The notes below the pieces were generated by a model. The model did not search any database. It saw only the letters and a list, made by a program, of their open reading frames with translations, and was not told the DNA's origin. Of a DNA stretch of 64,000 nucleotides, positions 51,000-62,550 are shown piece by piece. Every line of letters starts with the position of its first letter. Position 1 is the first letter of the stretch. The DNA is from Dicyema japonicum (Eukaryota > Animalia > Dicyemida): assembly GCA_011109175.1 (NCBI GenBank), contig RDEW01000016.1, forward strand, positions 174,049 to 238,048, given 5' to 3'. The position numbers and the translations under genes were made by a program.

Positions 51000-51917
51000 C
51001 CATTATAAATTTTTTCTCTGACTCAGGGTCATTTTTTTTCCAAAACATATTCGATAGCTTTTTCAATTTTTTTCATTGATGAAGTGACCATTAAGATCCT
51101 CGGATTGGTGTTCGCTACACACTTTTTCCCAACAAATAATAATTTCTGATGAAACCTCCTTCAATGCATCAGAAATCAATAATAGCACTTGAAGTAAATT
51201 TCTCTTCTTTAGGGACTCAATAAAAAATTTTTGATCGTCAGTGAAAAATAAAAAATCTATTAAAGATGTAGAATAGTGCTCCTTGAAAAATTTGATAGTT
51301 CCACAATCCAGTGGCTGAAGTATAGGGGTTGTATTTTTTGGTAAAAAAATAATTCTATGTTAGAGAATTCCAGATTATTATGAAACCCAGCATTGTCCGA
51401 TAGCAGAATAATTTTTTTTGTGATAAAAAATGTTCATTAATCCTATGAAGCCAACATCTAGACACATCTTTTGTCATCCATGCATTTTTGGATGAGGAAT
51501 AGACAACATTATGGATCGACGGGAGGAAACTCTTGAAGCACCTTGGATTACAAAACTTTCCAATAATTAAAGGGTCTAACTTTTCTCATGTATAGCTGCA
51601 GCAGAGATAGACAGATTTTCTTTGCTTTGCTTGAAACCAAATGATTCACCATTGTTTTGAATAAAAGATTTTTTGGACTAGGTCTGAAAAAAATGAACAA
51701 AAATCTGCACGTGATTTAAAAATTAATTGTAGTAAAATATAGAAACTGTAAAATTTAATTTTAAAGTAAAATAATTGTAAGAGTTCCAAAACGAGGTCTT
51801 TATGTAAGGATTTTATTAATTTTCTAATAAATTTTTCGAAGTGTTCCAAATCCCGAGGGTGTATCAAAAACAGAGATGTTCCACCCTCGAGGTCCGTTCC
51901 AAATAGAGGCTAGACTG
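51000..51917 (-). mobile_element. pogo/Tigger element, internally deleted, with 5' TIR
   Basis: TA-CAGTCTAGCCTCTATTTGGAAC end at 51917; GFKQSKE..S...PLIIGK...PRCFK...NAWMT (DDE_1). Confidence 0.85.
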
Positions 51918-52139
51918 TATTATTAGTTAGATTAGTAATTCTTGAACGTTCTTTATAATAATTAAAGTACTTATAAATTTATGGTACGGCAAACTCAAGT
52001 ACTTATAATTTTATGGGAAACAGAGAATTTTCAACTAATTAACTCTACGCCTTCGCCATTCGGTCGTCCTAATAATTGCCTAATTTTCATTATCTCAAAA
52101 AATTTATTAACAATAAAATATTATTTATTAACTATGTGG

Positions 52140-52445
52140 GAGAGCGGCTGCTGACATCACGGAGTAAGCGTTTCCGCGAAAAACTGCGATACCAATTCTT
52201 TGCCTCAGCCAGATCATTTAAAAATAATTGTTTTCCTTAAAAAATTAACTTAACAGAGAATTTTCAACCCTACATCCACTCTCTTGCCGACGAAGTGCTG
52301 CCCTCAATGACATCATTTTTCGAGCCTTCAAGGCTGCGGAAAATTCCGGCCCAATTAGAACCATTGGGTTTACACAGAGGCGACGGGAAAAGGCCGGATG
52401 GAATGACGTTATTCCCATACTCCCACGGAAAATCACTCGTCTGGA
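52140..52445 (+). mobile_element. CRE-like RLE fragment
   Basis: [30 protein letters not shown]. Confidence 0.85.
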
Positions 52446-53079
52446 CGCATTTATATCTTCATTATTTATGTCGTTTAAAATTCCTAATTCCAATATTTTT
52501 TGTTAATATTTTGTCCTAGGAACATGCAGCAATTTATTTGTGCGTTTGGAAATGACTTTTGAAAAGAGTTTATTGCTCCTATTTCAAAATCTGAGCCAAT
52601 AAATCTTGGTTCTAAATCCGGAATGAGACGTTTAATTATTTAAAGCATTGTGTCATATTTATTTTCAGTTTTTGATGTTAAAAAGACAGAATATTATTGG
52701 AATTACATGGTGATTAATTATTACCGATGTTGTAAATAACTGCTTCCAAAGAAGCTTTATGTCCTCCCGTATTAAGGCTCTCTTAACAAATTCACTCCTT
52801 GGAAGATGATTATGTTGCTTCAGACTCCAAACTTCATCACACGATTGAATGGTTTTTACAGAAATTTCCATCACGTTCTAAACTTCTATTTCCCACTTGG
52901 TTAACGAGAAACGGCACGCAATAGTGAATCAATTAGTTAAATTATTAAAAAGTTTTATTATAATAAAAGAAATTAAAAGAAATAATAACTCATTAAATTT
53001 AGTTTTGATAAAAATAATTAATTTTTATTCCGAAGTCCTTAATATCTTAAAATCATAGGATTTGGAGGACCTTGGTAAA

Positions 53080-53450
53080 ATGTTCCACTTAGCCATAAAA
53101 CCCTTAAAATCAATTTTTACAAGATTTAAAAAGACGACTTTATTTACCTAAAGATGTCGAGGACCTTAGTAAAATCAATTTTTATAAAAAATTAAAAAAG
53201 ATGACTTTTTTACCTAAAATGTCGAGGACTTTGGTAAAATGTTCCACTTACCCATAAAACCCCTTAAAATCAAATTTTTACAAGATTTAAAAAAGATGAT
53301 TTTTTTACCTAAAGATGTCGAGGACCTTGGTAAAATCAATTTTTACAAGATTTAAAAAAGATGATTTTTTACCTAAAGATGTCGAGGACCTTGGTAAAAT
53401 CAATTTTTACAAAATTTAAAAAAGATGATTTTTTTACCTAAAAATGTCGT
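53080..53450. repeat. Minisatellite, unit about 60 bp with ~37-bp insert variants
   Basis: ttttttacctaaagatgtcgaggaccttggtaaaatcaatttttacaagatttaaaaaagatga is repeated about 5-6 times. Confidence 0.9.
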
Positions 53451-53754
53451 GTCGCTAAAATCTCGTGATGTTTATGGATGAACTTATCCAAAACCTGAAA
53501 AAATTAATTAGAGGCCATTTTGAATGGACACGCTATATACTCCGAATAATTAATTTCTCCAAGGAAACGATAATATATCTGCCTAGAATGGTAATTCCGA
53601 AAGAACCAATCACGCTCCCAAAGATCCCCAATCTTGACGAGATTTCATTTCCAATCTGTTCAACTAACTTTAAATATAAAATAATTCCATTTATATTTCT
53701 GAATCAAAAATGTTACTCAACTTGCTATGAATATCTGGGTTAGTTAATTTAGAA

Positions 53755-54683
53755 CAGTAGTTCTCAAACTTTAAAAAAAAAGACGTCGCGGTCCTCTTTT
53801 ATTTTTTAATTGGTTGCGGTTTTTCATTAAATTAGTGAATTAACATTTTAACAAAAACTAGTGCAAAATTAAAAAGATGGATGCACTTGTTTGGCCATCA
53901 CTAGTTTTTCTAAGTCGGGTTGTGTTTTGGACAATGCAACCCTCATGTCATTTGACACATCCAATCTATTGCGGAATTTTGATTTGATGGTAAGTAGTGC
54001 TGAAAGCGCCGTCTCACACTCACATGTAGTTGCAAATAGAATTAGCACTTAATTGCCTCTTTGCCAATTCTGAATAGGAATCAGCCATTTGAATCCAAAA
54101 ATCGCTTTGGGGAACTTCGTTGAAAACTTGTTTTGCATATCCATCATTAAACAAATAGATAAATTGTTCCTGAATGGTTTTCAGAAGGGAGATCCTTAAC
54201 TGAAATTGTAAATGGGTTGCTGAGAAAACGATAGTATTTATCAAGAAATATTAGGAAAATATCTAAAAATTTATAAATATCGAAAAAATACGTAGAAATT
54301 TCTCTACTAATAAATAATATATGTTGCTTTATCACATCATTGCTGTAGTTATCTATGCAAGTTCATTTTCATCAATAAATATATTTAGATGTGGAAATAG
54401 TGCAAAAATATTCTCGGCGAGATCATTTATTCTTCTACTAACAGTATCATTTGAAAGTGAGATATGCTTCAGAATATAAAGTTCAGAACTCCCTAGCATG
54501 TTGGAAATGATATCTCTGCAACAAGGTACTATCAATTGTTCTCCGATGGTGTGCGATTTTTTCGCAGAAGCAATTTTCACACTAAATAGATAAAAAGATT
54601 TCAAACCCGATGAAATATTTTGTGATAAAATTCCAAATTGATCAAATCTTTTTGGACCGCGGACCCCAGATTTAAAAACACTG
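53755..54683 (-). mobile_element. hAT Buster/Charlie (ZBED5-like) internally deleted element
   Basis: Ends CAGTAGTTCTCAAACT...AGATTTAAAAACACTG. Flanks atttagaa/atttaaac fit an nnnTAnnn 8-bp TSD. Protein remnants IA.AKK.HTIGEQLI.P...ISLSNDTV.RRI and FW....YSELAK. Confidence 0.9.
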
Positions 54684-54860
54684 ATTTAAACGATAACTCA
54701 TCCTTTTTTCTGGTTGTGTGGGTAATACAATAAATAGTAACCTCAACAAATTTATCAGCAAAATTTTTTAAAATATCTAAGGCCAGTAAAACCGAACATA
54801 AGAGAATTGTAAAATTCTTAAACCATCAATGTCTATTGCGCATCTTGTTGATTGATAAAT

Positions 54861-55171
54861 TTTTTTAAAAGCCTTTTCACGAGAGCCATAGTATTTATTG
54901 CTCCGCATAGGCAGGACACACACTTTATTTAAGTAAAAAACAGTTAATTTTAACTAGTCGTAGAACCAAGAAATGATCTTAACTTATTTTTCTTGTGTGA
55001 GTGTCCTTTCTAGACAATCCAGTTCCGCAGTGAGTATCCACTGATGACGGCGTCACTCGTCAAACTCTTCTGCATCGTAAATGCGTGGAACCTTTCCACC
55101 AGGTGACAGCAGCGAGATTCGAACCCGTAACCTAAGTCACTTAAGCCGACACCTAACCACTATGCCACCCG
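54861..55171 (-). mobile_element. tRNA-derived SINE, most complete copy
   Basis: Head tggcatagtggttagg...gggttcgaatc, central block, and RTE-like tail gcggagcaataaatactatggctctcgtgaaa. Confidence 0.88.
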
Positions 55172-55515
55172 AATATTGATGCTTTTAATCTTGTTCTTAA
55201 TCTTACTCACAATTTTAATAATTTAACACTAGTAGGGAAAAAGAAATAAAGCATTCATATTTAAAAAAAACGCAGAAATAAAGCATAACTTTAAATATTA
55301 ATATGCTCATGGAAAACGCAGAATTTCTTTTAAATAACTAAGAATTCTGTGCAGTAGATACACTTATTAAAACAGGATAAATAGGATGCCTATCAACACT
55401 AAAAACCACCACACAAGTGAGACTAGGTGATCTCCATCACATTTGAGACGCAACTTCGATTATGTCGACAGGGATCACTTTTGATTGATTTTTAATAAAA
55501 ATTAGTTTAAAAAAG

Positions 55516-55587
55516 TGGAGATGCCAGGAATCGAACCCGGAACCTTCAGCATGCAAAGCAGACGTCATACCATTAGACCACATCCCC
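55516..55587 (-). tRNA. tRNA-Ala (TGC)
   Basis: GGGGATGTGGTCTAATGGTATGACGTCTGCTTTGCATGCTGAAGGTTCCGGGTTCGATTCCTGGCATCTCCA: cloverleaf, TGC anticodon, one anticodon-stem mismatch, downstream T-run terminator. Confidence 0.93.
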
Positions 55588-56289
55588 ATTTGATTATTTT
55601 AAATCTCTATTATGGAATTTAATACTTCTATTTAAGTTAAGAGGAAATTTACTTGTTGATATGTTTTTCCAACTTACTTTACCCAGAAAGTCTCCCTAGA
55701 ATTCGCTGAAACACTGAATAATTTTTGAAGATATGCCCTGAGTTGTTTATGTGGTTTTTGAAACCTCGAATAAGATTTTGAAACCTGAGAGTTCCGCAAT
55801 CCTTACACATCTTTACTTCTAACCACGGAGAATCAGGATACGAGGATTTATTCCGTAAGCAAGCTTCAAATTAAAATTTCGCGTTTTCTTTTATATCTTA
55901 AATTGAATCTATTATTTCAGTAATACCATCCTCATATTGCTCGTAAATAGACACCTCAGATATTCATAGATAAAGTGGGGTGCTTCTTTTGCGGTAAAGA
56001 GCTAATGACTTTTTCCAACTCTTCTATAAAGAACCAACTCCAAACGAGACATACACTCGTCAGGGTTAACCTGTTGTATTTTTGAAAGTTCATCCAATTT
56101 TAAGTTGAGAATTTCTTCAAAGGATGCAAGAGACCCAATATGTTTCTGCAACAGTGAAAATTTTAGAGTCGCTTTAAACTATCAAGATCCAAGTTGGAAG
56201 ACCTCTCATTACAATGCTTATTCGGTAGTGGTCCAGTTTTTTCAAGTCACATTTAAAAGGCAAAGAATATCAATTATAAAGAAATAAAA

Positions 56290-56553
56290 TTAATTAGTAG
56301 ATTTGTATTTTAAACCTTTCGGAACTTCATGACTGAGTAAATGAGTAAACTGATTTGTCCCCATTGTGAATGTGACTTCGCCTTTCTCGTATTTTTCGTT
56401 ATGCTCTTTTATTTTTCTCAGGTTCTCGGAAAATATATTGAATCTACGTTCATTTTCACAATCATCATATTCTAAACCTACAAATTGATACTTATCATTG
56501 CCATATTTTTCTTTGTGGTTTTTCCATTCTTCACACATAACGCTGGTGTCCAT
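56290..56553 (-). CDS. Stand-alone cathepsin propeptide inhibitor I29 (crammer/CTLA-2-like)
   Basis: EEW..HK.KY...Y...ENERRF.IF.ENL.KI.EHN.KYEKGEVTF.MG.NQF (ERFNIN/GNFD-like). No cathepsin catalytic domain recognised downstream. Confidence 0.85.
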   Translation of the reverse strand: MDTSVMCEEWKNHKEKYGNDKYQFVGLEYDDCENERRFNIFSENLRKIKEHNEKYEKGEVTFTMGTNQFTHLLSHEVPKGLKYKSTN

Positions 56554-58004
56554 AATTTAAAATTGATTCAATTTCAAATTTTTTTATTAAAATTTTAATT
56601 CACATAAAAATAATAATAATTTAAAATTACATTAAATTACCAATTATTCTGTTTTATTAAAATCTAACTTTACCCTTTGAAGATGAAAGACTATTTCAAT
56701 GAATATTAGTTCAGATAAGTAATTAGTCTATTTATGGTCAGGGTTAATATATCAAAAATGACAATTGACCGGCGAACTGTTGGGCATTTATTACCCATTT
56801 AAGAAAACCAAACAAAGAATTAAATAGCTAATTAAAATATTTTCCATTAAAGTCAATCTAATAGGCCACATTAAGATCATTCGAATTCGTTAAGTATTTC
56901 TTTGTAATCAAACCAAAGTCAAAACATTAAGTCTTTATTTCTGAATTCTTTAAACAGGATCGGTTCGTTCATCAAGAAGAGGAAGAATGATCGGAGAGAA
57001 AGGAGCTGACTCATTGAGCGCATTTCCTTCAAATCGTCAGAGGAAATGCGTCTCAATTATGAGAGCTGCCAGCAGTCGTTAACTGTTACTTTTTGGCTAA
57101 ATAATCAATTCGGAAAGGTTCGCTCGCCATCCTGAGAGGGAATAGCCACACAGTCAGGGCGGCCGCTATATGATCATTTGTTCAATTTTTTGTCATTAAT
57201 AAATACATTTTTTAGATTTTTATAAAAAATTGGCAAAATTTCTGACAAGTTGGAAAATATTTAGAAAATGATAATCGTTAGTCTTTGGATATTGATTATT
57301 GGATGAATTGATTAGAAAATTAATCTAAGATTATTTGGATAAATATCGGATTAGAAAGATCCGTTTTTTTGACTGTTGGACAATATAATCCGGTTCGTGA
57401 AAAAAAAGAAAGTTAGAGAACAAGTTGTAACAATGTGGAAGTTTTCTGAAAAAAGAAGAAAGTTCATTAAAAAAGGTTATAAAGCTACTAAGAATAAAGA
57501 CGATGAAAATTGCAAGCGAGAATTCCCCAAACTCTGCAGGAATAATCAAAATTTTTAGAAACTCTTCAAAAATGTGTTGTTCTGATAATAAGGAGAGGGT
57601 ATAATTCTCAAATTTCATGACGGCGCTTTGATCCCTAAAGAAGAAATGCCTGAAGAGTTACGAAGGCAACTTCCTTTAATTCAAGAAGTGTTTAATCGTC
57701 GATTATTCCACATGAAATTCAAAGTGAGTTTAATGATTTGGTATGTAATTTTGTGTAGAGAAAAGCCTTTATCTTAAATCTTTTCTCTAGAAATCAGTGA
57801 ATGTATAAACAAAACTTTTGGTTAGATTTTTAAACCAGTAATGTTTTTACTTAGGAGAGAAGGGAGTGAACGCTGAAATTAGAACGCCTTCTACTTACCT
57901 ATCTGGTAGATATTGCAATCAATCTGGCATGTGTAGCTACATCTGGGAAACTAGTAATTTTACCAGATTGGTAACAATTCTTACCAGATAGTCTGGGAAA
58001 CCCT

Positions 58005-58327
58005 ATTATTATTTATTAAACCCGGATACACGAGAAAGAAGTTAAAGTAAACAACTAATTAAGTGTATCCAGTTTCCACTTATACAGAAACAGAGTCCAT
58101 CCGGAATCAACATAAAGGGTAAGACGTTCATTACATCCAGTTGTGGAAACCCCTCCAGTGGAATGGGGAAGAGCAAATGATCTTTTTTCATGCCGGCCTG
58201 GCACTGGGCGTCACCTAGACAGGTGGATCACATGACGCCACTCTATTAGGAAGAGAGAGGAGGAACAGACAAGCAAGCAGAAAAATTAAACCAATTAACC
58301 ACGCAGCACCACATAGCGCCACGCGGC
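58005..58327 (-). mobile_element. Short non-autonomous retroposon, copy C (best-preserved tail)
   Basis: gccgcgtggcgctatgtgg head; tail ggatacac...gtgtatccgggtttaataaataataat. Confidence 0.6.
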
Positions 58328-58479
58328 AAAAAATTCAACCTATAAAACAAATGATCTACTTAAACCATTATATCTGTACTATCAAAATGCCGAGTGTTAA
58401 TGTCAAGTTATTTTGCGAAAATTTAAAAACCAGTGAAGGTCGGTTGTAACAAAGAATCGTCAACTAATTCTATAAAAAA

Positions 58480-58645
58480 CTGCACTTTAGCAGAGCTAAA
58501 TTAGCTATAGCTCCGCTCAGGCAGGAAACAAACTTTATTTAAGTAAAGTACAGTTATAATGACTAATCGTAAATGAAGAATCAAAGAATGCTCTTCACTT
58601 CTTTTTTCTTTTTGTTGAGTGTATGTCTTTTATAGACGATCTGGC
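58480..58645 (-). mobile_element. 5'-truncated SINE copy
   Basis: Shares the 3' half and tail gcggagctatagctaatttagctctgctaaagtgc. Confidence 0.75.
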
Positions 58646-59519
58646 AGACAAAATGATAACTCAAGTGATAATTTTTCTCTAGCAATCTCTGTCTTTATCG
58701 ATATCTCAATCTCTCCAGAAACAGTAAGAAGGATAGTAGGGAGAATGGTATAACCCAAATATCCACATACTAATGGGAAAAGCTGAAGTGCTTTTAACTT
58801 AAAAATAAAAGTTGATACAAGTAGTACTCGACATAAGTAGAAACAGTTTTACATTGTAAGAGTCATAAAATAAGACTCGCAATCGATCTGATGTCAGAAA
58901 TAACATCAACTTAGAGACACGTTTATATTGTCTGCTGTGAGGTTTCAAAAACGGAAGAGCTGTAATCTGTTTGGAAGAATGCTAAAGATGTTGCAAACAA
59001 AATATTTTTGAGTTGTTGTTTTATTAAAATATACTCTTTGGTTGTGAGATTTGTGAGAAAGCAAACTTTCACAAACTCGGAGTCTACACCTGCTCTCTAT
59101 TTTTCATCATTTACTGTGTTTGATCGTCAACAGCTAATGCTTATGGAATTTCGATTTGGAATAGTCCAGCCTTCTTTTACGGCCACTTCTTTTACCGCCG
59201 ATACCAGAATCTGTTTTGTGTAAAGATTCTCCTAAATTTGATCAGAATTTCGTGAAGATGAATGATCTGTTCGCTCTCTCACGTATCTGAGAGTAAAGTA
59301 GCATTTTAATCCGAATCCTTAAGGGGCATCAATCAAGGCCGCTTCCTGCCTCATACGCCTCATTAACGATGGCCTTGTGTCATTTGAAGATCGACAATTG
59401 ATAATACAATCCGACACCGAAATGGGCAAAAATTTCCCAATTTTGAGGTTTTCTTTAAAAAATGGATTTTTTTAAAAAAGGACGGGAAACAACCTGATGG
59501 GATGACAATCATTTCTAAG

Positions 59520-60420
59520 ACGAGAGTATAGCAAGGTGACTTGGTCCACTTCTTTTATCATTGGCGATCAATCATATTGTCAAGATATCTGTACGTCCTT
59601 GAATCAATGGTTTCTGGACAATTACATACTTGGAGGAAGTCCTGAAAATGTCCTTTCAAAAGTAACCATTCGGAGAATTGTGACAGAATTGGCTTGAAGT
59701 TAACACAAAGAAAAATGAAGTAAACTTGAACATGAGTGCGGAATCTTTTGCTTTCTCAGAAAAAAACGTAAGATTTATCACAGATATTCGAATTACGGAC
59801 TTGTGCTCTTTTGATTTCCATGAATATGAATAAAAATAGATCGAATAAATGAGTCGTTAAGCGAAGAAAAGACGCTTATGGGAACGTTTGCCAACATATT
59901 GATCTTTCTAGAGTTCCATGTTGGAGTTTTTATGCTCAAAAATTGTCTCCTGCTTTCCAAAATTCTTTTCAACTTTCTGATGATGGAATTAAGTTAACCC
60001 CTGAAGGGATTTTTAAAATACATTATGATTGGCAATTCGCTGGATTATGAGGCAGTGAGGTTAGCCGCCTTTTCTCGTCTTGGTCTTAAAATGTGTGCTG
60101 AGTGAAATATTATGGAAGTTCGATCGATCAATATGACTATCATCCACTGTTGTGCAGGTTGAGCGGGAACCGTTTCTCAAGTCATGCCTGTCTAAACGTG
60201 ATGTCGAAAAAAGCACCAGGAACTAATTAATGAGTTTAAATGTGGCTGGCAGGATCAACTAATATGACTGTTTATTGGTTATACCACCCTCAAATAGATT
60301 TTGATCCAATCCATATGCCAATTTAATGGCATATCTTCTTGATCTATCCAGAGAGTCGACAAATTTGCTTCATTCTTAGCTCCCACACCATTCCTGAAAA
60401 ACTATAGATCAGAAAAGGTT
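59520..60420 (+). mobile_element. CRE-like RT remnant
   Basis: QG.LGPLL.SLAI...LDNYILGG...L.VN..K.E pattern. Confidence 0.55.
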
Positions 60421-61252
60421 GTATAAATATAGATGAACGTCTCCGGAAGATTTAACTTAATAATAAAAAAGGTGAATTTCCATGAAAAATGACATTTTAT
60501 TAGCAAAATTGGCCTAGTCATCACTATACAATAATTTTCGAATTTAAGTACTCCATTTTATATATTTCGCTCATTACATAATTAAATAGAGCAGACTCAA
60601 TTCAAACATTCATTGTACTTTTTTCTCAGATTTTTCGATATTGGATTTTAAATTTCTATGAACAATTCTCTTGTATTAAGCGATCAATAAAATTAAACAA
60701 TATCTTATATCGATTGAAAAAAGCTTGTACTAGAAAAATTTGAACAACTTAAAAATACGTTTTTGTTTAAATTAATAAACATACTGAAATAAATGAAGAT
60801 GCATTCACAGCGTTTTGTTACGCCACGTATATGGAAATTCCAGCTGTTTCTTGACAGTTAAAGCATTTGTTAGTAATGTATTTGCTTTTGTTTAAATGAA
60901 ATTAAATTTATTAACCAAAAACCACCGTCATAGCAACAATAAGAAAATTCAGGTGATCCCGGCCTCCCTAAGCAGTCTTCACATCTTTTCTTGGTGCTCA
61001 GACAGTGTTCCAGCACGTAGATTGTAAGATTAATAATGACTGTTTAATTTAAAAAAGATTGTTCGATTAATTTAATTAAATAAAAATAAAAATTAATTTG
61101 TTTTTATTTTATTCAAATTAATTTCATAAAAATATTAATTATTTTAAACAGCATTTAATCCCCGTGTCATTCATTTTAACGAAACTTTCAGCAACAAATT
61201 TAGTTTTGTTATGTTCCTTTATTTCCGAGGATGATAAAAGTATTTTAACACC

Positions 61253-62550
61253 ATGAGCTTTAGAATAGAGTATTTCGTAAACTTGTATTTATTTTTTTTT
61301 CTTTTTTGCTGTGTCATCATGTTATTTCAACAAAATATTCCAAAATATTTAATCAAAATTAATGACCCAATAAAAATTTTGAAAATCTTAATTTAATTAT
61401 TCCAGTTATAATTTTCGCCCAGAGACGATTGCATATCAAATTCTATCAAAAATTAAAAAGTATTTCAAAATAATTAACTGGTAGATATAACCCTTCAAGA
61501 GAGAAATTTCCAATTATTGTTTCTGTTGACGGTCATAGTGACATTCTTGAAAAAGCCATCGAAGAAAATAGGAATGATTTTGATAAAATTTGGTGGGTAT
61601 TATTTTATAAAAAATTTTAATTCAGGATTTTGACTCCAAAACAACAGCTCCATATTCTCGTATATCTGAACACTATTATTGGGCCTTGAATAGGATATTT
61701 CTAGAATATGATATCGCTATTATTCTTGAGGGTTTACATATTAAATTATTTTTATTGATGATTTAATTATTTCATGTGACTTTTTCGATTATTTTAAACG
61801 CCTGGTTAAAATATTACTAAATGATTCGACGGTTTGGTGTATTTCTGCTTGGAACGACAATGGAAGTCCTAATCTCATAACAAAGAAGTCAGGTTTAAAT
61901 AATACTTTTTATGATAGATTTGCTAAGAAGAACCGATTTTATGCCGGGGTTAGGATGGATGCTGACAAAAAATGTCTGGCTCGAAATTAAGTTAAATTGG
62001 CCACAATCGTTACTATAATTTAAATTATATGCAGTTATTGGGACGATTATATGCGTACACCAAATATACGAAAAGGGAGACAGTGCATTTATCCAGATAT
62101 CTCACGTACCCGTCACATGAATATTGCTCGTACCAGCAAGTTTGTTTAGCATGATTTACTTAAGGGGAATTTTTGGATAAATATTCGAAAAATAGTCTGA
62201 ATGAAGTTTGTAGTATAAATTGGCAAGAAACCGATATCAGTTACCTTTACAACGTATTGTTTATTTTTATAAATAGGAGGAATATTCTAAAAATTTTGAT
62301 TCCCAAATGGAAGATGCAATTTTAGTTACTTTTGAGTTTGTCAAAAAAGTGGACATGTCTTATTTTAAAAAGATTAAAATCAAGTATTCAACAGAAACTT
62401 TTGTTTCAATTGCGGAATATTTTGGTCTATGAGCGACGAAAAAGTTTGTCTTTCATCACATCTTTAGTCTGGGATTTATCGGTGCTCATATCACGGAAGA
62501 ATTCTATTTTACTATCAAAATGTGTATGTTTATTTGATTCCCAGTTGATT
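61253..62550 (+). pseudogene. MGAT1: Alpha-1,3-mannosyl-glycoprotein 2-beta-N-acetylglucosaminyltransferase (GnT-I); apparent frameshifts and a TG acceptor (pseudogene or assembly errors)
   Basis: IPVIIFA, FPIIVSVDG, Y..IS.HY.WAL..IF, ILE|DDL, CISAWNDNG, RTDFMPGLGWML, W..SYWDDYMR...RKGRQCI.P.ISRT, G..R.SY.G. At least three one-base frame breaks. Confidence 0.9.

Noticed and set aside
53080-53450. Possible CRISPR-like array
   Set aside because: Units are contiguous with no unique spacers, the context is eukaryotic, and no cas genes are present.
55041-55070. CTGATGA in the SINE core (antisense) suggesting a hammerhead ribozyme
   Set aside because: No GAAA after a proper stem II and no stems I/III; other CTGATGA sites (e.g. 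13556) also fail.
57121-57165. HDV-like ribozyme fit for the shared 34-nt head
   Set aside because: P1, P3/L3 and J4/2 could not be satisfied together in either orientation or in both copies.
60246-60259. gttgatcctgccag (minus strand), identical to the start of 18S rRNA
   Set aside because: Only 14 nt with no continuing rRNA similarity; lies in a CRE-like remnant.
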